A stretch of DNA of 64,000 nucleotides from an uncultured virus (IMG/VR IMGVR_UViG_2061766007_000501) (taxonomy: Duplodnaviria; Heunggongvirae; Uroviricota; Caudoviricetes). Each line of letters begins with the position of its first letter. Position 1 is the stretch's first letter. Below the pieces are notes generated by a model. The model ran no database searches, had not been told where the DNA came from, and saw only the letters and a list, made by a program, of their open reading frames with translations. A program made the position numbers and the translations under genes. The stretch is from IMG/VR virus record IMGVR_UViG_2061766007_000501; one strand, 5' to 3'. Shown in pieces: positions 54,851 through 63,904 of this stretch.

Positions 54851-55207
54851 ATGAGGAGGACGGATATGGGATGCTTTAGCATAACTACCAATGCAGGTGG
54901 AGTGCCTTACCTGACCACGACAAACATCACCGTGTCTGCCACGGCTGTTGACTTTGCCCTGGGATGGATGCGCAGGCAACTGCCACCTGTGGGCTACCTG
55001 ACAATCAGGATAGCCAACGAGATACCTACCGGCACTACTGCCACATTACCCATTACCATCACGCTGAATGGCGTTACACGTGCATTGACATTGTATGACG
55101 GGACAGCCGTTACCGTAGCCGACCTGATAGGCGGTACTGGAGTGATAACAGTGTTCAATGACCGTTTCAACGGCATTCTTCAGCTGATGTCACAGGGTGT
55201 GGCATAA
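54851..55207 (+). CDS. Hypothetical beta-rich protein
   Basis: Co-operonic ORF. Confidence 0.7.
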   Translation: MRRTDMGCFSITTNAGGVPYLTTTNITVSATAVDFALGWMRRQLPPVGYLTIRIANEIPTGTTATLPITITLNGVTRALTLYDGTAVTVADLIGGTGVITVFNDRFNGILQLMSQGVA

Positions 55208-55243
55208 TGCAGTTTATTATACAATCATTAAAAACTAAAGCTT

Positions 55244-55756
55244 ATGTTTTCAACGTTACAAAAAGGCACACTGATTTACGTGCTTGACAGACGGGGTGAT
55301 GACCCTGTGCTAAAGCAGGGATTGCTGGCTGAGGATGCCATGAAATTGGCACCCAACCTTACACAACCCCTGCAGATGGGCATGATGCCAGAGCAGCTTG
55401 TAAAGCTGACGATGGAATCCGCTAACGGTGACAAGATGGAGCTGACAAGTCTCCCTGGTAGCCAGAACACATTTACATATCCAGATGGTAAGATTACGGT
55501 GACAGAAAGCCATGATGCTATACAGGGCATTATCAGTGGCTTGAAACGCCAAAGTGACGAAGTGGTGAACGGATACGATAGGCACCTGCATCTGAGTGAT
55601 GTCTATAAGAACATGCTCATGGACTTGAACCCCGAATATCGCAAGAATGAGGAGCGTGACCGTGAGATGGAGTCACTGAAAAGTGATGTGAACGAAATGA
55701 AGGGCATGATGAAGCAGTTGCTTGCTATGAACGGTGGAAGCGTAGGTGGTAAATAA
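55244..55756 (+). CDS. Hypothetical protein
   Basis: 170 aa, C-terminal coiled coil. Confidence 0.75.
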   Translation: MFSTLQKGTLIYVLDRRGDDPVLKQGLLAEDAMKLAPNLTQPLQMGMMPEQLVKLTMESANGDKMELTSLPGSQNTFTYPDGKITVTESHDAIQGIISGLKRQSDEVVNGYDRHLHLSDVYKNMLMDLNPEYRKNEERDREMESLKSDVNEMKGMMKQLLAMNGGSVGGK

Positions 55757-55768
55757 AGAACAAGCAAT

Positions 55769-56083
55769 ATGGCAAGATATTTGATTATATCGTCTGACAA
55801 CGAAGACCAGAAGATCAAGGATGCGCTGGCGAGTATAGGCGCAGAAGAAGCTGGGATGCGCAGCGGGATGCGCAGCGGCTATCGCCGTGACAGCAGGGGC
55901 TATCCTATGGATGTGACCAATCTGCGCAGCGGGATGCGTGGCAACTATCACGACAACCAGCAGGAGATTGATGCTTTGGAGGAGCAGATTCAGGAACTGA
56001 AGATGCGTAAGAAGCAACTGGAACATTCGGAAGAGGGTATGCGCCAGATGGGTGGTGCATACGGCCCCTATCCACAGTGGTAA
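55769..56083 (+). CDS. Hypothetical protein with GMRS repeats
   Basis: 104 aa, operon spacing. Confidence 0.65.
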   Translation: MARYLIISSDNEDQKIKDALASIGAEEAGMRSGMRSGYRRDSRGYPMDVTNLRSGMRGNYHDNQQEIDALEEQIQELKMRKKQLEHSEEGMRQMGGAYGPYPQW

Positions 56084-56166
56084 TTGTGAAGTGGGTTTGC
56101 GGTGGAGATATCTTCATCGCAAACCATTTCCAGTATTTAACTTGAAAAATAGAAAGGAGTGCCGAT

Positions 56167-56589
56167 ATGTGTATGTGTAATGTGATAACTAGATTCCCTG
56201 CTGACATGCTTTCGTATATCAATGCCTATGGCTTGCACTTCAACAAGCCGCTTTGCGAATTTGCCGTAAAGAACATGCGTAAGAAGGACGTTAGCGGCAA
56301 GCCGATTGAGATAACTCCCGTCACCCGTGAGCAGTTGAGCATCATGATGAAAGAGGCTGGCTTTGCTCTTAACGACAAGAACGTTGTGTGGGATGGCGTG
56401 TATCTGGCCAATATGTGCCTTGCGGACTATATGGGTGGAGCCATTGCGGACAACCGTCACCTGGCGATGTTTGTCAAGCAGACACTGGATGACCCTGATG
56501 GCTGTGAGGGGCAGACATTCAACCGCTGGTATGCAGACATGTGTTTGGCTGGCAAGCAGCAGTATATTGACTGGGAAGAGATGATTTGA
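56167..56589 (+). CDS. Hypothetical conserved phage protein
   Basis: YGLHFNKPLCEFAV..ANMCLADY..DDPDG. Confidence 0.75.
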   Translation: MCMCNVITRFPADMLSYINAYGLHFNKPLCEFAVKNMRKKDVSGKPIEITPVTREQLSIMMKEAGFALNDKNVVWDGVYLANMCLADYMGGAIADNRHLAMFVKQTLDDPDGCEGQTFNRWYADMCLAGKQQYIDWEEMI

Positions 56590-56590
56590 A

Positions 56591-56962
56591 ATGCGTAGGC
56601 AGGACTTCACCATAACAGATACAGGATGGTGGATAACCGTATTCCACGGTGCCACACCTGACAAGCTTGGTGAGGTGGCTGCCTCGCTGATTGATGCTGG
56701 CGAAGGTACCAGAAAAACCGCTGAGGCTATATGGGTGCTGCAAAAGCCTAACACAGGCTACACCTATACAAACTTCGATAACAAGAGGGGGGTGTCCGTT
56801 ATCGGCAGGGCAACATCTGACAGGCAATACGCAAATACGTTCACCCATGAGCTAAAGCATATAGTGGAACACCTATCAACCTATTATGGAGTTGACCCGA
56901 AGAGCGAGCAAGCAGGCTATCTGCAAGGATATATAGGTGCAAGGATGCTGACTTTTTATTAA
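56591..56962 (+). CDS. HExxH-motif protein
   Basis: NTFTHELKH..E..YLQGYI. Confidence 0.7.
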   Translation: MRRQDFTITDTGWWITVFHGATPDKLGEVAASLIDAGEGTRKTAEAIWVLQKPNTGYTYTNFDNKRGVSVIGRATSDRQYANTFTHELKHIVEHLSTYYGVDPKSEQAGYLQGYIGARMLTFY

Positions 56963-57070
56963 ATCATAAATGAAGAGGAAAAATAAAAACATAGTATTGA
57001 TGAGCGATGAGGCTCTTTCTGTATTGTTATGCAATATGGACGGATGCACCGATTATGTGTTCAACAAGTT

Positions 57071-57502
57071 TCAATGTATTTCCAGGGTAACGGTCTCGCC
57101 ACGTTTGATGGCTGCCTCAATCATGCCGTTGAGACGATAGGTGTAGAGCTTGCTGGCCGTGATGGACTGACCACTATGCCATTGCCCGTACATGATACAT
57201 CCTTCGGTGTCCTTGTCGCTATTGCCTGGGTGGAAGCGTATGCCTGAGTAACCTGGCACATTCTCAACCAGAGGCAAGTCCTTTCTGAACTTTTTTGACC
57301 AAGTAAAAACAACATTGTAGGTGCCAGTGGGTATGGCTGTGGCACCCTTGACTTTGATGGCCATGATTTCCTTCAAGGGCATGTCTTGACGTAATCCCCT
57401 GTCCCTGTCTTCCAAGGAATAGCCAAAGAAACTACCATTGACATATACCTCACTGATGGTACAATTGTCTAATTTGTTGAGGCGCAGGATAATAATTTTC
57501 AT
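57071..57502 (-). CDS. DUF5675 family endolysin candidate
   Basis: TAIPTGTY, GIRFHPGNSDKDTEGCI. Confidence 0.8.
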   Translation of the reverse strand: MKIIILRLNKLDNCTISEVYVNGSFFGYSLEDRDRGLRQDMPLKEIMAIKVKGATAIPTGTYNVVFTWSKKFRKDLPLVENVPGYSGIRFHPGNSDKDTEGCIMYGQWHSGQSITASKLYTYRLNGMIEAAIKRGETVTLEIH

Positions 57503-57503
57503 G

Positions 57504-57827
57504 TTACAGGTATTGTGTCCACGTATAATGCCTGCGTGCATCAATGTAGGCAAGATTGTACATATTGTAGTAGGCTTCCTTCTCTAAAGAAATATTGTAG
57601 TAAGCTTGCCTGGCATTGCCGCACTGGATAAGACGGACAAGCCATTCGATGGCGTACCAGAGATAGAAGAAGATGTAAAGCATTTCCATTGCCTGACGCT
57701 GGTGGATGCTCTCATGGTTGATAGAGTATGCCGTTAGCCTTGCTCCTTTGCGTATAAAGAGTATGCCCAGCAGGTACATACACGCAAAGCCTTTGAATGG
57801 AATGTATTTGTTGACAAATTGGATCAT
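57504..57827 (-). CDS. HExxH membrane protein in lysis cassette
   Basis: NHESIHQRQ..FYLWY..ISLEKEAY. Confidence 0.7.
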   Translation of the reverse strand: MIQFVNKYIPFKGFACMYLLGILFIRKGARLTAYSINHESIHQRQAMEMLYIFFYLWYAIEWLVRLIQCGNARQAYYNISLEKEAYYNMYNLAYIDARRHYTWTQYL

Positions 57828-58090
57828 GGCTGCTGTGGTTGCCGTGAACGTCTTAGCTCGTTCTCATATTCACGTTTCAGTTCCTGTTTGAACTCCGTCA
57901 GGTCGTGTTTGAAATAGCTGGCTATGCCGAAGATGGCAAGCCCTGAGCCGAATGCCTCACCTACGTATGTCAGCACTCCTGCCCCGATGGTGTAGGTGAG
58001 GATGAAACTTACGAATGCCAGTATGATGGCACTGGCTATCATAACCACGGCTGTGCTGTATTGGATGACTTCTTTAGTATGCGCTTTCAT
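57824..58090 (-). CDS. Holin candidate
   Basis: 88 aa, 2 TMs, charged C-terminus, heads lysis cassette. Confidence 0.65.
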   Translation of the reverse strand: MKAHTKEVIQYSTAVVMIASAIILAFVSFILTYTIGAGVLTYVGEAFGSGLAIFGIASYFKHDLTEFKQELKREYENELRRSRQPQQP

Positions 58091-58170
58091 TGTAAATTGT
58101 TTTTATTGCCACAAATCTGTTGTAAAGGTAGCGATGATATTGCTGAGGCTGTTGTTATCCATTAACCAAG

Positions 58171-58209
58171 AAAAAAAACTGCCATCTATCCTCACGGACT
58201 GATGGCAGC
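58171..58209 (-). terminator. Terminator of early operon
   Basis: CTGCCATC..GATGGCAG stem, GUGA loop, U9 on -. Confidence 0.75.
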
Positions 58210-58258
58210 AAGGCTTAAATGATCAAAAAAAAAGAATGTGTATTGCTGTAGGTTGAGG

Positions 58259-58663
58259 CTACCGTTTTGGCGGCAGCATGAGCCAGGCTGTTCGCCCATC
58301 GGGCAGTTCGTGGGGTATCACGCGCAACCGGATGGGTTCGTTGGGTAGCATCATGTCATAGAGTATGCGACTGACGGTTGGCACCAATGTCTCGAAGCCC
58401 ACGCAACGATGCTTGGTGTTGTACATGATTTCTGCAACAGGCGTATGGCTGTCCTTCGGCAAGGGTGGGTTCAACTCAAAGCCATATATGTCACCACAGA
58501 CTGAATTAGCCACAAAAAACACTATCACCTTAGCCTCTTTACCTTGCATCACACCCAACTTTGCAAAGAGTTTCTTTGACAGTGTGATACTGGTGTCATT
58601 GGGGTCTAAGTCCGCATACAGACCCCTGTACTTGAATCGATGGATTAATTCTTTAATGTTCAT
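58259..58663 (-). CDS. Hypothetical protein
   Basis: Start reassigned to MNIKEL to avoid overlap. Confidence 0.65.
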   Translation of the reverse strand: MNIKELIHRFKYRGLYADLDPNDTSITLSKKLFAKLGVMQGKEAKVIVFFVANSVCGDIYGFELNPPLPKDSHTPVAEIMYNTKHRCVGFETLVPTVSRILYDMMLPNEPIRLRVIPHELPDGRTAWLMLPPKR

Positions 58664-58676
58664 ATTATATCCTCCT

Positions 58677-58925
58677 TCATTTAGCAACGCTGATATCAGG
58701 GTAGCGGCACACATATTTCTTCCTGCTGCGGAAGCTGATTGTCTCGACATGCAGGAAGCTGGCAGTTGTCTCGATGCTGAGGCGATGCTGCTCTGCCTGC
58801 TCACGGCTATTGAAGATAAAATTACAGAGCTCGCAGCGGTTGGTGCCACGGCTGTTGACTATGTTGGCATAGTACTTATCGCCTAATACAAAGGCGATGA
58901 TCTTAGTGATTAATGACTGTTTCAT
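58677..58925 (-). CDS. Hypothetical protein
   Basis: 82 aa in operon. Confidence 0.65.
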   Translation of the reverse strand: MKQSLITKIIAFVLGDKYYANIVNSRGTNRCELCNFIFNSREQAEQHRLSIETTASFLHVETISFRSRKKYVCRYPDISVAK

Positions 58926-59593
58926 TTTTCTTTATCGTTTATTAGTTCGTTATCAAAAAGGGGTAGGGGCTGCACCTGGGCAAAAGGATTTGCATCAAGC
59001 TGCTCCAGTATTTCCACCAGCGGTCTCACTTCACCCATAAACTTAAGTCGGTTATTGAGCAGTTGTACGCACGTTGTGCGGTCACGGTGGATAAGGTTGC
59101 CAATGGTGAGGAAATCCAGCTTTGCCGTGCTCCAGAGGTAAATCAGTACGGCAAGCCTGCGGTTACACGTGTATCTGTCACGCCTGCGACCTGACAGATC
59201 ACCGACCGTTGTCTTTAACGCCTTAGCAGCAACTGCCAGCCAGCTGACATAGGGATTTTGCAGGGGTAGGTTGTACTTGGCGAAACATTCAAACCTGATG
59301 TCCTTCTCTGTTGCCAGTGCCACCTGCAGCTCATACCTGCATCCATGTGACTTTTCCCATCCATTGAGGAAATAGATGATGTCACACCCCAACAGATGAG
59401 GCAGATCCTGGCGCATGTACTGGCCGTGACTGCTTCCTTCAGGCAGTTGCAATGAGCAGGGGTTATAAACATCATAGCCTTCAGCCTCCAGCTGCCTTTG
59501 CACGGCACAGAAGCGTTGCCACACTTCACGATAGGGGAGCCCCGTCATGGCTCCAGACATGTACACTTTGTTGTGTTTAAGTTCTTTTTTCAT
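58922..59593 (-). CDS. DUF4406 domain protein with C-terminal HTH-like part
   Basis: VYMSGAMTG..YNP..CDIIYFLNGWEKSHGCRYE. Confidence 0.85.
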   Translation of the reverse strand: MKKELKHNKVYMSGAMTGLPYREVWQRFCAVQRQLEAEGYDVYNPCSLQLPEGSSHGQYMRQDLPHLLGCDIIYFLNGWEKSHGCRYELQVALATEKDIRFECFAKYNLPLQNPYVSWLAVAAKALKTTVGDLSGRRRDRYTCNRRLAVLIYLWSTAKLDFLTIGNLIHRDRTTCVQLLNNRLKFMGEVRPLVEILEQLDANPFAQVQPLPLFDNELINDKEK

Positions 59594-59798
59594 GGTCTAA
59601 ATAAAAGTTTTTCATTATATTCTCTTTCAGTTCCAGGTTATTCCTGGATTTATTAAATATGGCTTGCAACTCTGCAACAGCCTGCATATAGCCCTGTGTA
59701 TAAACATTGGCAGATGTTGTGCCTGGCTCAATGTTGGCAGCCCAGTAAGCCGCCAAAGCCTTCTTCTTGATTCTTTGTTCGACTAACACCTCTCTCAT
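59577..59798 (-). CDS. Hypothetical protein
   Basis: Start reassigned to MREVL. Confidence 0.55.
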   Translation of the reverse strand: MREVLVEQRIKKKALAAYWAANIEPGTTSANVYTQGYMQAVAELQAIFNKSRNNLELKENIMKNFYLDHEKRT

Positions 59799-59799
59799 G

Positions 59800-60204
59800 T
59801 CAGCACCCCCTCGCGTATGTATTGGATTTCTTCGCAGCTTTTCGCCCAGCCTTCTTTCTATGTGGATGTTCTTTCTTATAGTCAGCAAGCAGTTCACTCG
59901 CTTTCACTCCTTCCTTGATGCGTTTAAGGAACTCGTCCCTTCCAAGCCAACGATAGACTGGAACAAGCTGCATGAGGCACAGGTCGGCAGGTTCGCCAGC
60001 AGGGATAGCTTTTTCCCTGCCAAGTCTATTCGCTTCAAAAGAACACTCAAATAAGTCCTTGCCCTCCTTGTTGACAATCATATACACATTACCGCCAACA
60101 CTAATCTGCCCATAGTATCGAGCAAGTGATAACGGGCTGTCAACCCAATACTCCTCTGCCATCACAAGCGGATGGATGCTGTCAATGTCTTTCTTGTTGT
60201 TCAT
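59800..60204 (-). CDS. Hypothetical protein
   Basis: 134 aa in operon. Confidence 0.7.
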   Translation of the reverse strand: MNNKKDIDSIHPLVMAEEYWVDSPLSLARYYGQISVGGNVYMIVNKEGKDLFECSFEANRLGREKAIPAGEPADLCLMQLVPVYRWLGRDEFLKRIKEGVKASELLADYKKEHPHRKKAGRKAAKKSNTYARGC

Positions 60205-60207
60205 TGT

Positions 60208-60654
60208 TCACCTCCTATTATATCTGAATTTTGTAAAGTGAATTATCGCCAATGGTGTGGTCAAATCATAACTATGGAACCAGGAACACCAGTCAGTTAG
60301 AGACAGTCCATCATTCCTCGCCAAGTCCTTTGTGCTTATCATTTCGCCATCGACAAATGGGCAAGTTAAATCTTTGCCTCCAAAATAAAGTTTCTGTAAC
60401 CCTATTCCATCTTTAGATGTCAACCTCGTCAATTCGACCTGCTTGCTACGGTATGGCTTACCTGTCCATTGTCTTACACTTAGACAAGCATTGCCAGCTT
60501 CAATTTCATCAAATCGTCTCCTCCATAGGTCATAATTGGCTCTGATGGTATGCAGCTTTCCTTCAAATAGTGATTCCGCAAATCCCGTTGGTTCTCCTGC
60601 CATTGGGTGTAATACAGGAAAAACTCTCGACAATGTTATAACATAGATTTTCAT
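60208..60654 (-). CDS. ASCH/PUA-like hypothetical protein
   Basis: GKLHTIR..LARNDGL..WF motifs. Confidence 0.55.
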   Translation of the reverse strand: MKIYVITLSRVFPVLHPMAGEPTGFAESLFEGKLHTIRANYDLWRRRFDEIEAGNACLSVRQWTGKPYRSKQVELTRLTSKDGIGLQKLYFGGKDLTCPFVDGEMISTKDLARNDGLSLTDWCSWFHSYDLTTPLAIIHFTKFRYNRR

Positions 60655-60917
60655 TGTTTACCTCCTTTCACAACTTCCATTATCCTAACCTCAGCCAATG
60701 CCTCCAAGAACTTCTCCTTTGTCTTATACACCTTGCCGTTAATCATATAGTGACGGTAGGATTTTCTTCTTCTGTTAGGTTCCCCGTCCTTGTAAGGAAC
60801 ATGGTCGCAGAAGCCGAACCTCTTATCTTCGCTGATATAGGTGGTACAATGCTCATCTTCCATGCTTAGATGGCTGACGAAATAAAAGGGAATTTTTTCT
60901 AATTCTTCAATTGTCAT
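60651..60917 (-). CDS. Hypothetical protein
   Basis: Start MTIEEL overlaps upstream stop. Confidence 0.6.
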   Translation of the reverse strand: MTIEELEKIPFYFVSHLSMEDEHCTTYISEDKRFGFCDHVPYKDGEPNRRRKSYRHYMINGKVYKTKEKFLEALAEVRIMEVVKGGKQ

Positions 60918-61111
60918 TGTTCGCCTCCTTTCCCCCAAACTTCTTCATACAAACTCGGATTTCCCCTCTCTTGCCATCCATCACAACACCCATTGGGAAT
61001 TGTCTCGTCTGGCAGTTCATGCTGGCATTCCTCGTATAGTTCACAATTCTCGCAACAAGGCACTGTTTTTCCTTCAAATAATTGCTCATAAAGTGATATT
61101 GTCATAATCAT
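60914..61111 (-). CDS. Small Cys-rich protein
   Basis: CCENC..C..CCDGW. Confidence 0.55.
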   Translation of the reverse strand: MIMTISLYEQLFEGKTVPCCENCELYEECQHELPDETIPNGCCDGWQERGNPSLYEEVWGKGGEQ

Positions 61112-61116
61112 TCCTC

Positions 61117-61506
61117 CTATATTAAGTTTTCCAACACATACTTCAATGCTGCTTCAACAGCTTCTTCATAAGTAGCATAATCGCTATCCTCGTTATAATC
61201 TGTATTATCAGAGATGATTTCAAAAGAATAGTGTTTTTCTTTTTTACCAAATTCTATTGATATGTAAGATAGAAAGATGTTAGCATCAATACCTTTCTCT
61301 CTCAGCCAAGCTATTGCCATCTGATGAGTCGGGGCAACTATACGATTATAAAGATACTCATGACTTGATAGTGTTTCATTAGTCGCCTTCCATTGGTTTC
61401 TTCGTATCTCACCATTGGGGTCATATACTTGATAAGTACAACAATCAAAACCTTTTTCCTTGAGTAGCTTTGCTACTTCATAGGAGCAATACGCTTCTTG
61501 TATCAT
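61117..61506 (-). CDS. Conserved Bacteroidales phage hypothetical protein
   Basis: AKLLKEKGF..APT..WLREK..TYEEA. Confidence 0.75.
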   Translation of the reverse strand: MIQEAYCSYEVAKLLKEKGFDCCTYQVYDPNGEIRRNQWKATNETLSSHEYLYNRIVAPTHQMAIAWLREKGIDANIFLSYISIEFGKKEKHYSFEIISDNTDYNEDSDYATYEEAVEAALKYVLENLI

Positions 61507-61537
61507 AATTATTTCTCCTTATATTTACTCTGACTTC

Positions 61538-61771
61538 TTACTTTATTTCATATATGCTCTTTTTAACTATATAGCCTTTCTTCCTAAAATTTTTCATTAT
61601 TCTACATAGTGTGCGATAAGAAATATTTGTATTATTTGATATTTCTTCCATTGTGTCATTGCATCCTCCATCTTCTTGCATGCGCTTTGCAATATATGCA
61701 TAAAGAATAAGTTCATTGCCAGTAAAACCCTTTTCTAAATATTCATCTTTAATTTCAATATTCATATTCAT
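61538..61771 (-). CDS. Small winged-HTH protein
   Basis: ELILYAYI..TMEEISNNTNISYRTL..KKGYI. Confidence 0.65.
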   Translation of the reverse strand: MNMNIEIKDEYLEKGFTGNELILYAYIAKRMQEDGGCNDTMEEISNNTNISYRTLCRIMKNFRKKGYIVKKSIYEIK

Positions 61772-61989
61772 TCCTCCTTTCTATACTTATCAGCTGCTTT
61801 TTTTGCTTGATATTTTGTAATAACAAGCATGTCCTTATCATCTTCCCATAATAGCTTTGCAGTATCTACCATAGCCTTTTCCAAACAGTCAGCACAATAT
61901 GGATAGGATGGTATATCTGGGTCAATAATAGGATAGAAAGCAACAGCTTGCTTACCACAAACACAACACTTGCAATCTTTAGCATCCAT
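61768..61989 (-). CDS. Small Zn-finger protein
   Basis: CCVCGK..YCADC. Confidence 0.6.
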   Translation of the reverse strand: MDAKDCKCCVCGKQAVAFYPIIDPDIPSYPYCADCLEKAMVDTAKLLWEDDKDMLVITKYQAKKAADKYRKEE

Positions 61990-61991
61990 AA

Positions 61992-62243
61992 TTATTCCTC
62001 CATTGCTTTTCTAAAATCTCTAACTAACACTTCTGTAGGCTTTGCATAACTATCATTTTTTAATAACCACTCACAAGCCTTCTCAATAGTTTCTTCCTTT
62101 GCAATCTCCACAGCCATCAATGCTTGTTCTGGTGTAAGCCATTCATGGTAGGAAATTACCGTCTTGCCATATCTATCCTCTACAGAACATAGTTCATTAC
62201 TACACTTCCTTGTACTGTCTTGTATAAACTTTTCGGCTTTCAT
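61992..62243 (-). CDS. Hypothetical protein
   Basis: IEKACEWL motif. Confidence 0.65.
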   Translation of the reverse strand: MKAEKFIQDSTRKCSNELCSVEDRYGKTVISYHEWLTPEQALMAVEIAKEETIEKACEWLLKNDSYAKPTEVLVRDFRKAMEE

Positions 62244-62246
62244 ATC

Positions 62247-62564
62247 CTATAACTTGTTATATCTATTAATTCTGCACGATTCACGCATTTCCGCAACACG
62301 CCTTACGCAATATTCATTCCGTAAGGTGTGCAATCTTTTCTTGGCATCCTTAAGTCGGAACTCCACCACATCGCCCTTGTCGGTAAAGTTCCGCAGCCCG
62401 ATAATGTACACACCATCCCATTTCCTTTCGGCTATCAACTGCGGTTCAATCTTAGGCAGTTCAGCCTTCTTTTTTATGCAGTATGCACGGTGTGCCTCCG
62501 TCTTCAGTTTTTTCAGTAATTTCGTTTTCATATTCAATTGGCTCAAAGTTATCACAAGATTCAC
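62247..62564 (-). CDS. Hypothetical protein
   Basis: Probable start MKTKLLKK. Confidence 0.55.
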   Translation of the reverse strand: MNLVITLSQLNMKTKLLKKLKTEAHRAYCIKKKAELPKIEPQLIAERKWDGVYIIGLRNFTDKGDVVEFRLKDAKKRLHTLRNEYCVRRVAEMRESCRINRYNKL

Positions 62565-62639
62565 ACTCGCTTGTCACACCCTCCCATTCAACGCACAGCT
62601 CATAGAGTGCGCACATAATACACATGTGTTTCATTATCG

Positions 62640-63554
62640 TTATTTTTTTGATATGTCTTTATCCAGCTTATCAAGCATTGCTTCCTGCTTCTGACGTTCC
62701 AGCTCTGCAATGGCATTCTCTTTTAATTCGTTGAGATCGCTGACCGCATTTACGAACTCGCCTTTGGTGCGAAAAATCTCCTTGAAGTCGGTGATGGCAG
62801 ATGAGGCTGCGTCAAAGACAAGGGCTGGATGTGTCCACTTGTTCTGCAGCTGACGGATGCCAAGCGCAATATTCTCCTCGTCATACGTACTCAGCTTATG
62901 GCTGCTGATGCCTGGTTCCAGCGTGACAAGAGCCTTGTTCCAGAGGTCTGCTATATCTCGTATGAGGAACCCACGGAACAGGCTCTTCAGGATGTCCTTA
63001 GATACTCCCGTCTCTTTCACGCACTGCTTGATTGCCTCCTGCCAAATGTCGCATGACAGCTCCAGGCAGGTCATGGCAGCCATGCAGTATGATAGTGGCT
63101 CTGCATGCTCCTCCTTCTCGCCATTATGCAAAAACGACAGGCGGTACTTGTTGGCAAGGCTACCGATGAGGGGTTTGCTGTCCATATAGACTGGCGAACC
63201 CAAGCCCTGCCACATTTCGAAGAACTGGCGGTCAGTGATATCACCGTAAAAGCTCCTGACGTGCTCATCCATATCGGCAAGGTGGAAAAACCTTTTCTGC
63301 CTAGCATAGAGCAGGTTGTTTTCGTAAGTCCTCCATTTATCGAACACCTTACGGAACAGGCTACCGGCACGGCCTATGTAGCCCGGATAAGCTTTGATTC
63401 TATCGTGTGCGTCAACCATCACCAGGTATGTGGCATTGTTGGCCACGCCAGTTGATGTCTTAACGACTGATGAGGCCACTGCAATAGCCCTCACGAACTC
63501 ATCATTGGTGTACCCTTTCGGGTTTGTTATCGGATTATATCTTATTGTTCTCAT
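62640..63554 (-). CDS. Hypothetical helical protein
   Basis: 304 aa ORF. Confidence 0.75.
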   Translation of the reverse strand: MRTIRYNPITNPKGYTNDEFVRAIAVASSVVKTSTGVANNATYLVMVDAHDRIKAYPGYIGRAGSLFRKVFDKWRTYENNLLYARQKRFFHLADMDEHVRSFYGDITDRQFFEMWQGLGSPVYMDSKPLIGSLANKYRLSFLHNGEKEEHAEPLSYCMAAMTCLELSCDIWQEAIKQCVKETGVSKDILKSLFRGFLIRDIADLWNKALVTLEPGISSHKLSTYDEENIALGIRQLQNKWTHPALVFDAASSAITDFKEIFRTKGEFVNAVSDLNELKENAIAELERQKQEAMLDKLDKDISKK

Positions 63555-63720
63555 TTATTCACTGTTTATGAATTATCCTACTGAGCCCTGGCAAGGACTG
63601 GCAATGTCCATGAAAGCGGTATGGAGGGTGTGCAAGCAATACGCAGATAAGCCTGAGCGAACTTTCTTTGTCACGCTCCCTTACCAAATTATATGACCTC
63701 CTGTAATTATCCATAAAAAA

Positions 63721-63814
63721 ACTACGCTTTGCTTTGCTTCGCTTTGCCCNNNNNNNNNNTACTTAGCTCCGCAAGGCTGGGCTTTGATTAGCTTGGCTGG
63801 GCTATGCTTTCGCT
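63721..63814 (-). repeat. Phased AGC-NN pentamer array 2 (interrupted by gap), candidate guide RNA
   Basis: On -: agcgaa agcat agccc agcca agcta atcaa agccc agcct tgcgg agcta agta [N10] g ggcaa agcga agcaa agcaa agcgt agt, then T-run. Confidence 0.88.
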
Positions 63815-63816
63815 AT

Positions 63817-63894
63817 TTATTTCACTTTCTTTACGTCAAATCTTCCATATCTACGCCTGTATGTGCCAACACCGTACCTCATACCTGCTATATC
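63817..63894 (-). CDS. C-terminus of the RAMP/Cas7-like protein (Gly-rich loop)
   Basis: DIAGMRYGVGTYRRRYGRFDVKKVK*; first 11 nt GATATAGCAGG identical to 3162-3172. Confidence 0.85.
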   Translation of the reverse strand, partial: DIAGMRYGVGTYRRRYGRFDVKKVK

Positions 63895-63904
63895 NNNNNN
63901 NNNN

